A stretch of DNA of 64,000 bases from an uncultured Candidatus Saccharibacteria bacterium (GTDB taxonomy: Bacteria; Patescibacteriota; Minisyncoccia; Phycocordibacterales; DSPV01), in the NCBI GenBank assembly GCA_964617735.1, contig CAZTXT010000001.1, positions 331,589-395,588 on the forward strand. Direction: 5' to 3'. The notes under the pieces are model-generated. The model was given only the letters and a program-made list of their open reading frames with translations. It had not been told where the DNA came from and made no database searches. Position 1 is the stretch's first letter. Every line of letters begins with the position of its first letter. A program made the position numbers and the translations under genes. This document shows, piece by piece, positions 49,794-58,249 of this stretch.

Positions 49794-49879
49794 CGGGCGC
49801 AGTGATGTTTCGTTAGCAAACGAAACCACGAGCCGGGGTCGCGAAATTTCCGAGCGACGGCGAGGAAATATTCGTGACC
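49794..49879 (+). repeat. orphan core of the tRNA-associated structured element
   Basis: GTTTCGTTAGCAAACGAAAC...GAGCCGGGGTCGCGAA...TTCGTGACC is homologous to the Ser and Val copies but lacks the tRNA arms. Confidence 0.65.
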
Positions 49880-50160
49880 ATATATAATCTGTAAAAAATT
49901 ACCCAACCGAGGTTGGGTAATTGACTGGCTGTGTCAGTGCCGCAGCCGAGCTTTTTGTTTACGCTCAATCAGTTTGGTCGCCGTTGCAACGAGCCAGGCG
50001 TAGCAGTAAACGAACAGTAGCATACCGGCGTCTATCACGGAATGTCGGCGCATCTTCATAGAACCTCCGTTGATATTCTAGTCTCTGGAATTCTTTTTTC
50101 AAGAAGCCCCCTGATGATGCAGAGACTGTATGCATCGGTCCTAGATACTCTTCTATCCGA

Positions 50161-51084
50161 TTATTTCGCGTGCAGATATAGGTAAATATCCTCCAATGCT
50201 TTGACCGCGTCCCCAGCGGCGATGTTGTTCTGGTGGTAGAGACCATCGGTTGAATCGCCAGCGGCCCAGACGCCTGCCACAGAAGTGCGTTGGGTTCGAG
50301 GGTCTACGATGATATGTGCCCACTGATCTAGCTTCACGAGGTTTTTGACGAAATCAGTCGAGGGGATAAGGCCGATCTCGACAAAGATGCCATCCATCGG
50401 CATTTCTTTCGTCTCGCCGGTCTTAGTGTTCTCATAGACGATCGATGAGACGAATTTTTCGCCTTTGACCTCCGCGACTCGAGCATTCTTGAACAGCTTG
50501 AATTTCGGGTTGGCAGAGACTTTCTGTACGGTTATCTCATCAGCGCGGAAATTCTCGCCGCGAATGAACATCGTCACGCTTTTGCAATAGGCGAGAAGTT
50601 GAGCAGCACTCTCGAATGCGGAGTTGCCACCGCCGACGACGAGGACGTCTTTGTCGCTGAAGAGTGGTCCGTCGCAGGAGGCACAATAGGTCAGCCCCTT
50701 ATTTTCGAACGCAACTGCATTTTTCGCATCTAACTTGCGGCGGGTTGAGCCCGTCGCGATGAGCACGGTTTTTGCGCTGAAATCTCCATCGGAAGTCTTT
50801 ATAGAGAACCCATCTTTCGCTTTTTCAACCGATTCTACCCAGAGGCCGTCTTTGATATCAACAGCGCCTTTCGCGTATGCCTCAAGGTGGTTTTTGAAGT
50901 TAGCGGCGAGCTCTACACCTGGAATGGAGACTGTTCCTATCCAGTTCTGTACGTCCAAAGACTCGGTGCTCTGCCCGCCAAAATCTTTGGTGAGAAAAAC
51001 GGTTTTCAGGCGCTTGCGCGCGGCGTACACCCCCGCCGCAACGCCTGCCGGACCGCCGCCGATGATCGCAAGATCATAAAACAT
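50161..51084 (-). CDS. trxB: thioredoxin reductase / AhpF-C-like flavoprotein
   Basis: IIGGGPAG, YCASCDG, VVGGGNSA and WAAGD motifs. Confidence 0.88.
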   Translation of the reverse strand: MFYDLAIIGGGPAGVAAGVYAARKRLKTVFLTKDFGGQSTESLDVQNWIGTVSIPGVELAANFKNHLEAYAKGAVDIKDGLWVESVEKAKDGFSIKTSDGDFSAKTVLIATGSTRRKLDAKNAVAFENKGLTYCASCDGPLFSDKDVLVVGGGNSAFESAAQLLAYCKSVTMFIRGENFRADEITVQKVSANPKFKLFKNARVAEVKGEKFVSSIVYENTKTGETKEMPMDGIFVEIGLIPSTDFVKNLVKLDQWAHIIVDPRTQRTSVAGVWAAGDSTDGLYHQNNIAAGDAVKALEDIYLYLHAK

Positions 51085-51183
51085 AGCGTATAGCGTACAG
51101 CGAATGTCAGTGGGGGGCAAGGGATTTGACCCCCGTTCACTGCTTATGTAGAGTGATACTGAACCTCAACAGAAAGGAACGAT

Positions 51184-51354
51184 ATGTGGGTGTTCATTGC
51201 CATGAGTGCGTTTCTCGCGGGATTGGTGTTAGGACGCGCAAGTAAGGAGCCTGATAAAAATATTGGCCCCTGTCCGAACTGTGGTACCGCGATGAACTTG
51301 GAAGAGCGGAAATGCGGATCGTGCGGTAATATTCTGCACGCGCATGAACCGTAA
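51184..51354 (+). CDS. 56-aa TM + zinc-ribbon protein (not in ORF track)
   Basis: Reads MWVFIAMSAFLAGLVLGRASKEPDKNIGPCPNCGTAMNLEERKCGSCGNILHAHEP*; AAAGGA SD upstream. Confidence 0.65.
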   Translation: MWVFIAMSAFLAGLVLGRASKEPDKNIGPCPNCGTAMNLEERKCGSCGNILHAHEP

Positions 51355-51426
51355 TTCACTGTCCCCATCGAAAAGGCCGAAAGCGGAATCCGCGAGTAGG
51401 TCTTTTTCTTTCAAACTCTAACCGAG

Positions 51427-51552
51427 AAAGTTATTTTGAAAGACGGCGAGGAGGCGAGCGGGCATGGTTTTTGCGAAGCAAAAGAGCAAGCCGAGCGGAT
51501 AAGGAAAAACTGCCCGCTGGGGCAGTTTTTCCGGTCTTTCAAAATAATCTTT
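51427..51552 (-). repeat. palindromic MITE/REP-like element, copy 2
   Basis: Terminal inverted repeat TTATTTTGAAAGAC. Its reverse complement aligns with 21273-21401. Confidence 0.85.
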
Positions 51553-51562
51553 TGAGCGGCCT

Positions 51563-52726
51563 TTATTTTTTGCGCCGCAAGAAAGCGGGAACTGCTCCCC
51601 AGTCATCCTCATCTTCACCTGCGCCTCCGGGAGCTGGTACTTTGAGCTCTTTTTTGTCTTCCATCTTCGTTTCTTCTTTTTCCCGCGAAGATGCGCCCGT
51701 CAATGCGTTGAAAATACTGCCGCCCTTGCGTTCCGGTACGGCTTCGCTGAATAGTTTTCGGTGTCCGACGTTTTCAGGGAAACCCGAAGCGATAACGGTG
51801 ATCTTGATCTCGTCTTTCTTCAGCCGGTCGTCGCGGACCGTGCCGAAGATGACCTTAGCTTCCGGATCAACCGATTCAGTGATGACCTTCGCTGCGTCTT
51901 GTATTTCAAACATAGTGAGATCGTCGCCGCCGGCAATGGAGAAGAGCACGCCCTTCGCACCCTGAATGGAGAGGTCGAGGAGAGGAGAATTGATGGCGGT
52001 TTTGGCGGCTTCTTCCGCGCGCTTCTCTCCCGATGCGCTGCCGATGCCCATCAGTGCCGAGCCCGCATTCTGGAGGATGGATTTGATGTCCGCGAAGTCG
52101 GTATTGATGATGCCCGGGATGGTGATGAGGTCGGAGATGCCTTCGACTGCTTGTTTAAGTACGTCATCACACATGGCGAACGCGGTCTTCGCCGTCGTTT
52201 CTTTGCTGACGTTGGCGAGCAAGCGGTCGTTGGGGATGACGACGGTCGCATCGACGGCCTTGCGCAGTTCGTTGAGGCCCTGTTCCGCGAATCGAGAGCG
52301 CTGCTGGCCTTCGAATGCGAATGGTTTGGTGACAACCGCTACAGTCAACGCGCCGAGTTCCTTGGCGATCTTCGCGACGATCGGTGCCGCGCCCGTGCAG
52401 GTGCCGCCGCCCATTCCGCCGGCGATGAATATCATATCGGCTCCCTTGATGGCTTCCTGGATCTCTTCGCGATTTTCCTCGACCGAGCGTTTGCCGAGCT
52501 CCGGGTCCATGCCCGTGCCGAGACCGTGGGTCAAATTCTTTCCGATGTGGATCTTTTTCTTGGGAAGGGAGTTTTGAAGATCTTGCGCGTCGGTGTTTAT
52601 GGCGATGAATTCAACGCCGCGGACCTTCGAATTTATCATATGGTTGACCGCGTTCTTGCCGGACCCGCCGATACCTAAGACTTTGATCCGTGCGAACGCT
52701 TCTACCTCTGGTTTGATTTGTGGCAT
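51563..52726 (-). CDS. ftsZ: cell division protein FtsZ
   Basis: NTDAQ, GGMGGGTCTG, PFAFEG, NTDFAD and C-terminal VPAFLRR motifs. Confidence 0.98.
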   Translation of the reverse strand: MPQIKPEVEAFARIKVLGIGGSGKNAVNHMINSKVRGVEFIAINTDAQDLQNSLPKKKIHIGKNLTHGLGTGMDPELGKRSVEENREEIQEAIKGADMIFIAGGMGGGTCTGAAPIVAKIAKELGALTVAVVTKPFAFEGQQRSRFAEQGLNELRKAVDATVVIPNDRLLANVSKETTAKTAFAMCDDVLKQAVEGISDLITIPGIINTDFADIKSILQNAGSALMGIGSASGEKRAEEAAKTAINSPLLDLSIQGAKGVLFSIAGGDDLTMFEIQDAAKVITESVDPEAKVIFGTVRDDRLKKDEIKITVIASGFPENVGHRKLFSEAVPERKGGSIFNALTGASSREKEETKMEDKKELKVPAPGGAGEDEDDWGAVPAFLRRKK

Positions 52727-52916
52727 ACGTGAGATACACCTCGGCTAATCATATCAGCCAAAGCGCAGTTTTAGTGTTAAGACTGGCGCTACTTTGATAT
52801 TTGCCCGTATCATACTGGAACCAGTCAAAAAGAAAAGGGTTGCGCCCTTTTGAGTATGTGTCGTAGTTTATGTTCAACGAAATGCCGTTCTTCGGGGGAA
52901 ACACCGGAGGGTAACG

Positions 52917-54101
52917 TTAGGGCAAGAGCTGACGCAGAAGGTTTTTGAGCGTACCGCGGGCTTTATGCGCGAGCCCGACGCCGAGCGTCTGCTCCTCATC
53001 TTCCTGTGAAAGTCCGATCCGGCAGAGCCCGTAGGCAACGGACCATGATGCGTCCTTGATGGGCTCGCGCATGCCGCCGCTCCAATTCATTGACGCGATG
53101 CGCGAGGGAAGATTGAGGGAGGATCTCGCGAGCTCTTCGAGCGCAGAAATTCCCGAGCCACCGCCGGTGAGAATGATCCCCGCCGGTAGCAGTCCGCTCC
53201 GTCCGATCTTTTTTAAATGCGCTTCGATAAGATCGAGAATGTCCGAGAGGCGCGCTTCGATAATGTCGTCGAGTTTTTTCTTCGGATACGTCGCGCCAGT
53301 GATCGCTCCCAATTTTACACGCTCCGCCTCTTCAAGCGGGATCTTGAGACCCAGTGCGATATCGTTCGTGATATCGTTGGAGCCGATCGGGAACGTTTCG
53401 AGCGAGATAGGGATGTTGTTTTCGAATACGACGATGGAGACCGTTTCTGCGCCGATGTTGGCGAGGACCGAGCCCGCGATCTTTTGGCTCTTAGTGAGTG
53501 TGACGAGACTGGCCGCCAATGGCGCTGCGATCACCTGTGGCACTTCAACACCTGCGTCCTCGACCGCTTGTATGAGGTCTTGGAGATGATTTTCGATGGC
53601 GGTAACGAAGAGTACTTTCGCTTCGAGTTTGTTGCCTTTCATGCCGGTCGGTTTGTTGCCAAGAACTGGTTTTCCATCAACGCGATACTGGATGGGAATC
53701 GTGTGGATGACTCGACGATTGACCGACAGCGATGCCGGTATCGCGGCGCGACTTGCGTCGATTGCTTTATCAACGTCGAGGTCGCTGATCTCGGAGTCTG
53801 CCCGCGACACCGCGACCGTGCCGGTCGAAGTCATGGATGAAAGGCCGATGCCGCCAACGGAGAGATAGGCGCTTTTAATGCGAAACCCCGATGTTTTCTC
53901 GGCCTGCGCGACAGCGGCTTGGATTGCCTTGGTGACGTCGGTTTGATTGATGATATAGCCGTGGCGAAGGCCTTTGGATTCGGCGAATCCAGTCCCCGTG
54001 ACGCGGGGTGCTATGCGCTCACCGACGTGCGCGTTCTCGGCGGCCATGACCTTTACCTGGTATGTGCCGATGTCTATTCCTGCGGATATCTTTTTTGCCA
54101 T
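52917..54101 (-). CDS. ftsA: cell division protein FtsA
   Basis: GIDIGTYQVK, IGSNDITNDIA and LTGGGS motifs; upstream of ftsZ. Confidence 0.95.
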   Translation of the reverse strand: MAKKISAGIDIGTYQVKVMAAENAHVGERIAPRVTGTGFAESKGLRHGYIINQTDVTKAIQAAVAQAEKTSGFRIKSAYLSVGGIGLSSMTSTGTVAVSRADSEISDLDVDKAIDASRAAIPASLSVNRRVIHTIPIQYRVDGKPVLGNKPTGMKGNKLEAKVLFVTAIENHLQDLIQAVEDAGVEVPQVIAAPLAASLVTLTKSQKIAGSVLANIGAETVSIVVFENNIPISLETFPIGSNDITNDIALGLKIPLEEAERVKLGAITGATYPKKKLDDIIEARLSDILDLIEAHLKKIGRSGLLPAGIILTGGGSGISALEELARSSLNLPSRIASMNWSGGMREPIKDASWSVAYGLCRIGLSQEDEEQTLGVGLAHKARGTLKNLLRQLLP

Positions 54102-54519
54102 GGACAAAATAGGGAGACTTCGTTTTTTCCAGAAACTGCGAGCAAAACTCGTTCTCCTTTTGCTCCATTGTACTACCGTGGTGGTATCCCTTCAAATGCA
54201 AGAGACCGTGGATAAATAGGTATCCGATAAAATCTTTCTTCGAGCGGCCGAAACCCGCCGCTTGCCGGTTCGCGTACCGGGAACAGATGACGATCTGCCC
54301 CTCGCGCCTTGCGAGCGGGAAGGCCAGCACGTTTGCCGGCTTGTTCTTTCCGCGGTAGATGCGGTTTAAGTTCCGTGATTGCGTCTCGTTGACGAATATC
54401 AGTTCGAGCGAGAAGCTTTTCCCCAACACGGCGTTTTTCGTGGGCTCAAAAGGCAACCCCGCTTCGGCGGGGTTGGTTGCAGTGAGGTGTACGATCGAGA
54501 ATCTTTTTTCCGTCCGCAT
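54019..54519 (-). CDS. ybeY: rRNA maturation endonuclease YbeY
   Basis: LNRIYRGKNKPANVLAF and IHGLLHLKGYHH motifs. The tail overlaps ftsA by 83 nt. Confidence 0.9.
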   Translation of the reverse strand: MRTEKRFSIVHLTATNPAEAGLPFEPTKNAVLGKSFSLELIFVNETQSRNLNRIYRGKNKPANVLAFPLARREGQIVICSRYANRQAAGFGRSKKDFIGYLFIHGLLHLKGYHHGSTMEQKENEFCSQFLEKTKSPYFVHGKKDIRRNRHRHIPGKGHGRRERARR

Positions 54520-54530
54520 TCTCCGTGAGG

Positions 54531-54776
54531 CTAGTTCGAGCGGCCGCTCATCCTATCCGGTAATTTCCCGAGCTTAACGAGCGTCAGTACTTCATGCCGC
54601 CGCGCGAGGGAATTGAGCGCGCGCTTTTTGCGCGTGAGACGCGATCTATTGCGTTCTTTGTATCGGTTGCCGCGGACTACTTTGACCATGCCCGCTCCCT
54701 GGACGCGCTTGTTGAAGCGTCGCAGAAGCGAGAGCGAGTTTTCGTTGCTATTCCGTTCGACTTGGACGTTTATCAT
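54531..54776 (-). CDS. rpsU: ribosomal protein bS21-like
   Basis: VQVERNSNENSLSLLRRFNKRVQGAG; basic protein. Confidence 0.75.
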   Translation of the reverse strand: MINVQVERNSNENSLSLLRRFNKRVQGAGMVKVVRGNRYKERNRSRLTRKKRALNSLARRHEVLTLVKLGKLPDRMSGRSN

Positions 54777-54835
54777 GTGAGCGCAAAATATAACACAGCC
54801 GTTTGCGTTTTGCAAAGTGGCCCTAGGAACCTGCC

Positions 54836-56089
54836 TTATTTGAGCTTCTTTAAATAGTCTGCGAGCCCTACGATCGGGACGATTTCCTGGAATCGCGTCA
54901 TCATATCCCGGACGATCACGCTCCCTTCAAGCGCCTCTTTTTGTCCCATGATGAGCACATAGGGGATCTTGAGATTTTCGGCAGTCTGTATCTGGCTCGT
55001 GAGCTTGTCTTTCGCGAGTGCCTGGTAGAGCGGGATCTTCGCGTGCCGCAAGACTTCGATGACCTGCAAACTTTTAAGCTTGGCTTCAAAACCGAGCTGA
55101 ATGAAATAAACTTTCGGTTTCTTAGGCATGCGGCACTTTTTCTGCTTGCTCGCACTGCGCTTGAACAAAAGTGTTACGCCTATCGCAGGAATCTCCCGCT
55201 TCATATCCAATTTCTTCGCGAGTCCGTTGTAGCGGTATCCGAGGGCCAGTGTCTCTTCGGGCGCCTCGGCCGAACCGGAGGCGTTGAGGGTTTTTATGAG
55301 AAAGATCGTATGCGAACAGATGCGGCGATTGCCGAGCACATGGTTGTCTATCTTGTACGGGATATTCATGGACTCGAGATATTCGAGCACTTCCTTGAAG
55401 TGCAGGCGGCTCAATTCGGTGAGCGTCGCGATGGATTTAGGCGCCGATTCGGTGACCTCGCGACACTTTTTATTGTCGCATTCGAGCGGTGCGAACAAGT
55501 CTTTTTTCATTTGTGCGCGGCAGTGAGCCAAGTCCTGCATGTGGGAGCGGTAATACTGATTGAGCTCGCGGACGAAGTATGCGGCCGAGTCCTTATCCCC
55601 GATGCTATTGAGGTCTACATAGAGATCTTCGAACCCTTCATCTTTCAAGATCTCGATGGAGGTTTTGATGAGCTCAGCTTCTGCAATGCTTTTGGCAGTT
55701 CCTACGATGTCGAGATTGATCCGTCGCAGAGAATTGTGCGTTGCGCGCTCTCCGTCGCGCAGCGGCGCCCCTTCGGAATAGAGCAACGCTGGCTGGGAGG
55801 GATTGAGTAGTCTTTTCTCCTCGGTATAGCGCAGAAGCGCGATCTTTTCTTCGGCGGAGATACGCAAGGGGCATTCCGTTGAACCGTAATTCTTGTCATG
55901 GTGTTCGTATTCGAGCACATGCTTCGCTTTGGAAATATCGTCCTTGCTTATCGGAGGCGTTTTGATGGGCATGAAGCCGTAATAGTAGGCGATCTCGGCG
56001 GAACGCTGTAGTTGGGTGAACGGCAAAAAGGGAGAACGCTCGTCCGATGACGCGCTCCGGCTGACGGGTTTTGCGGGTGCGACCGGCAT
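54836..56089 (-). CDS. divergent histidyl-tRNA synthetase-like protein
   Basis: INSIG-like LNSIGD, GYRYNGL, IPAIG and an HGTP anticodon-binding domain. Motifs 1 and 2 are degenerate. Confidence 0.75.
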   Translation of the reverse strand: MPVAPAKPVSRSASSDERSPFLPFTQLQRSAEIAYYYGFMPIKTPPISKDDISKAKHVLEYEHHDKNYGSTECPLRISAEEKIALLRYTEEKRLLNPSQPALLYSEGAPLRDGERATHNSLRRINLDIVGTAKSIAEAELIKTSIEILKDEGFEDLYVDLNSIGDKDSAAYFVRELNQYYRSHMQDLAHCRAQMKKDLFAPLECDNKKCREVTESAPKSIATLTELSRLHFKEVLEYLESMNIPYKIDNHVLGNRRICSHTIFLIKTLNASGSAEAPEETLALGYRYNGLAKKLDMKREIPAIGVTLLFKRSASKQKKCRMPKKPKVYFIQLGFEAKLKSLQVIEVLRHAKIPLYQALAKDKLTSQIQTAENLKIPYVLIMGQKEALEGSVIVRDMMTRFQEIVPIVGLADYLKKLK

Positions 56090-56091
56090 GA

Positions 56092-56673
56092 TTAGGGATT
56101 AGCGGAACCAGGTGTCCACGAGATCCTCGAGACCGGCAGGAGCCGTATGACGGGGCGACCGACGATATCCCCAGCAGGAAGGGGACCCCAGCGTCGCGAG
56201 TCGGAGCTCGCGGCGCGATTATCTCCAAGCACATAATATTCGTCGTCTTTGAGCGTTACCGTGATGAAATCACTGCGCTCATTTTTCACATACGATTCGA
56301 TGAGTGTGATCTTCTTCCCCTCGGTGGTAGTCACCGTGATCTCTGACCCGTTGAATGAGAGCGTTTCCCCCGGAAGCCCAATGATGCGTTTGATGAAGAA
56401 TTTTGAAGGATCTACCGGATAGCGCAGGATGATCACGTCTCCGCGGGAGGGTTTCTCGAAGCGATAGGAGATCTCATCTACCACCAAATAGTCGCCGTCC
56501 TGAAAGGTGGGGATCATCGAATCGCCGCTGACAATAAATGGCTGGGCTACGAAATAGCGAAACCCGAGGACAAGGGCGAGCGAGATCAAAATAAAACGGA
56601 CCGTGTCGAGAAGACCAGTCTTTTTGGATGAGCTTTCAGCGGAGGCCACTTCGGGCGTCTCGGGGGGATTCAT
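56092..56673 (-). CDS. lepB: signal peptidase I
   Basis: VSGDSMIPT, FIKRIIGLPGE and GDNRAASSDSR motifs. Confidence 0.96.
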   Translation of the reverse strand: MNPPETPEVASAESSSKKTGLLDTVRFILISLALVLGFRYFVAQPFIVSGDSMIPTFQDGDYLVVDEISYRFEKPSRGDVIILRYPVDPSKFFIKRIIGLPGETLSFNGSEITVTTTEGKKITLIESYVKNERSDFITVTLKDDEYYVLGDNRAASSDSRRWGPLPAGDIVGRPVIRLLPVSRISWTPGSANP

Positions 56674-56857
56674 GATGGTCTCTATCTTAGTATATAAGCC
56701 TATTTGACACCATAGGAGTGCTTGTGTTCCTTATCTGTATGGATGAGTTTGAACATAGAGGCGACGTATTTGTCCAATGCCGCATGCGCTGATGCTAGCC
56801 GTACGCTTCGGTCGTAATCTTGATTCAAAGAACGCTCCACTATACGCTATAGGTAAT

Positions 56858-57454
56858 ATGCGATATGTAATTCTTGGTTTAGGAAATCCTGGAGAAGAGT
56901 ATGAGGGGACGCGGCACAATACGGGACGCATGATCGTCTCCGCTTTCTCGCGTAAGCAAGAGTTGCCGGATTTTGAATTTGACCAGAAGATCAATGCAGA
57001 GGTCGCAGAGGGAAAGATCGGAGGCGAGAAGGTCACAGTGGTCCTACCCGATACCTTTATGAATAAATCCGGCGCCGCCGCGGCCAAGTTTGTACCATCG
57101 AAAAAGGCGGCGGAGACTCTCGTGGTCGTCCATGATGATCTGGATCTTCCGCTGGGGCGTTTCAAAATATCGTTCAATCGTGGCTCCGGTGGGCACCGCG
57201 GCGTTGAGTCCATCATTCGCGCGTTGAAAACCGAAGGTTTTGTTCGCATTCGTGTTGGTATTTCGAAAGACGCCGGAAAGGGGAAGGTCAAGAAACCGCA
57301 GGGTGAAAAAGCGGTGGGAGATTTCATTCTGGGTACATTTACCCCGGATCAACAGAAAGAATTCAAGAAAGTCTCTAAAAAGATCGGTGAGGCACTGGAG
57401 ATGCTTGTGTCCGAAGGCCGCGAAAAGGCGATGGGAGAGTTTAACGGCCTCTAG
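56858..57454 (+). CDS. pth: peptidyl-tRNA hydrolase
   Basis: GLGNPGEEYEGTRHNTG, FMNKSG, HDDLD and GGHRG motifs. Confidence 0.96.
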   Translation: MRYVILGLGNPGEEYEGTRHNTGRMIVSAFSRKQELPDFEFDQKINAEVAEGKIGGEKVTVVLPDTFMNKSGAAAAKFVPSKKAAETLVVVHDDLDLPLGRFKISFNRGSGGHRGVESIIRALKTEGFVRIRVGISKDAGKGKVKKPQGEKAVGDFILGTFTPDQQKEFKKVSKKIGEALEMLVSEGREKAMGEFNGL

Positions 57455-57667
57455 AGAAAGAAAAAAGAAAAGCCGAGCGCTCGCTCGGCTTTTTCGCTCT
57501 CGCTAACCGCACTCACTTCTTTTTCCCCTAGGTGATAGGATCGGGGTCGGGATGTTTCTTGTCCCATTTTATGGCGCATACTTGGAGATGCTCGTGACGA
57601 GCTAGTGCCCGTAATAGCTTCTTGTTTTCACGTTCCCTTTCTGCTTCGCGGATTTTTCTGCTTTCTG

Positions 57668-57856
57668 CTATAGGTCGGTAGTTTTCGGCACGTATAATCT
57701 CCGCGAGCTTTTCGGGGAGCGGCTCTCCAGGGTTTTTTGTAGGTGTTGTTTGATTTGACCGCAGAGGTCCTCAAGGAATTCAACCCTGCATTCATTGTGG
57801 TAAGTGCTGTTAACAAGAGTCCGGTTGCAATATATGCATGTGTAGATCTTTGCCAT
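57668..57856 (-). CDS. small putative Zn-binding protein
   Basis: Reads MAKIYTCIYC...YHNEC; AAGGA upstream. Confidence 0.4.
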   Translation of the reverse strand: MAKIYTCIYCNRTLVNSTYHNECRVEFLEDLCGQIKQHLQKTLESRSPKSSRRLYVPKTTDL

Positions 57857-57936
57857 AGAACGTTTCCTTTCCTTGCCACAGCCTACGTGGTCCGGCTCCT
57901 TTGTCAAACATAAAGTCCGAGGAAAACCCTCGGACT

Positions 57937-58161
57937 TTAGGTTTGAGACGCGCTCTGGACGAGCCAGAACTGGTTTATGTGTTCCCAGGGAATAACTGAC
58001 GATTCGGCCTTCCCGTTGATCCTGATGAGAATACCTTTATCGACTTCACCGATAAAGGTAACGTCCTTGCCGTTGCCAACGGTGGTGGTACGCAGGTGCA
58101 CCAAATCTCCCGCTCGTATACCGGATGCGCGCAACTCATCCACATCGAGTATGTTTTTCAT
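57937..58161 (-). CDS. small hypothetical protein (SH3/Sm-like beta pattern)
   Basis: AGGAG SD upstream; terminator hairpin at 57912-57938. Confidence 0.5.
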   Translation of the reverse strand: MKNILDVDELRASGIRAGDLVHLRTTTVGNGKDVTFIGEVDKGILIRINGKAESSVIPWEHINQFWLVQSASQT

Positions 58162-58249
58162 ACGTCTCCTTTCTGCTTTAAGCATAGACAAAGTAGGATG
58201 TGTGTCAACCAAAAGCCGCCTCTTCTGTCTCGGGCGGCTTCGGGTTTTC

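Larger units (their letters stand above)
44383..49900. mobile_element. integrative element at tRNA-Glu (right end approximate)
   Basis: The integrase abuts the tRNA and the cargo is AT-richer, with R-M and TerS-like genes. attR was not located. Confidence 0.72.

Noticed and set aside
49907-49922. Hairpin AATTACCCAAC-cgag-GTTGGGTAATT as attR/attP of the tRNA-Glu element
   Set aside because: It shares only GTTGGGT with attL, and a simple terminator explains it equally well.
54019-54101. ybeY/ftsA 83-nt overlap as a frameshift or fusion
   Set aside because: Both proteins are complete in their own frames, and the YbeY tail is most simply a late stop codon.
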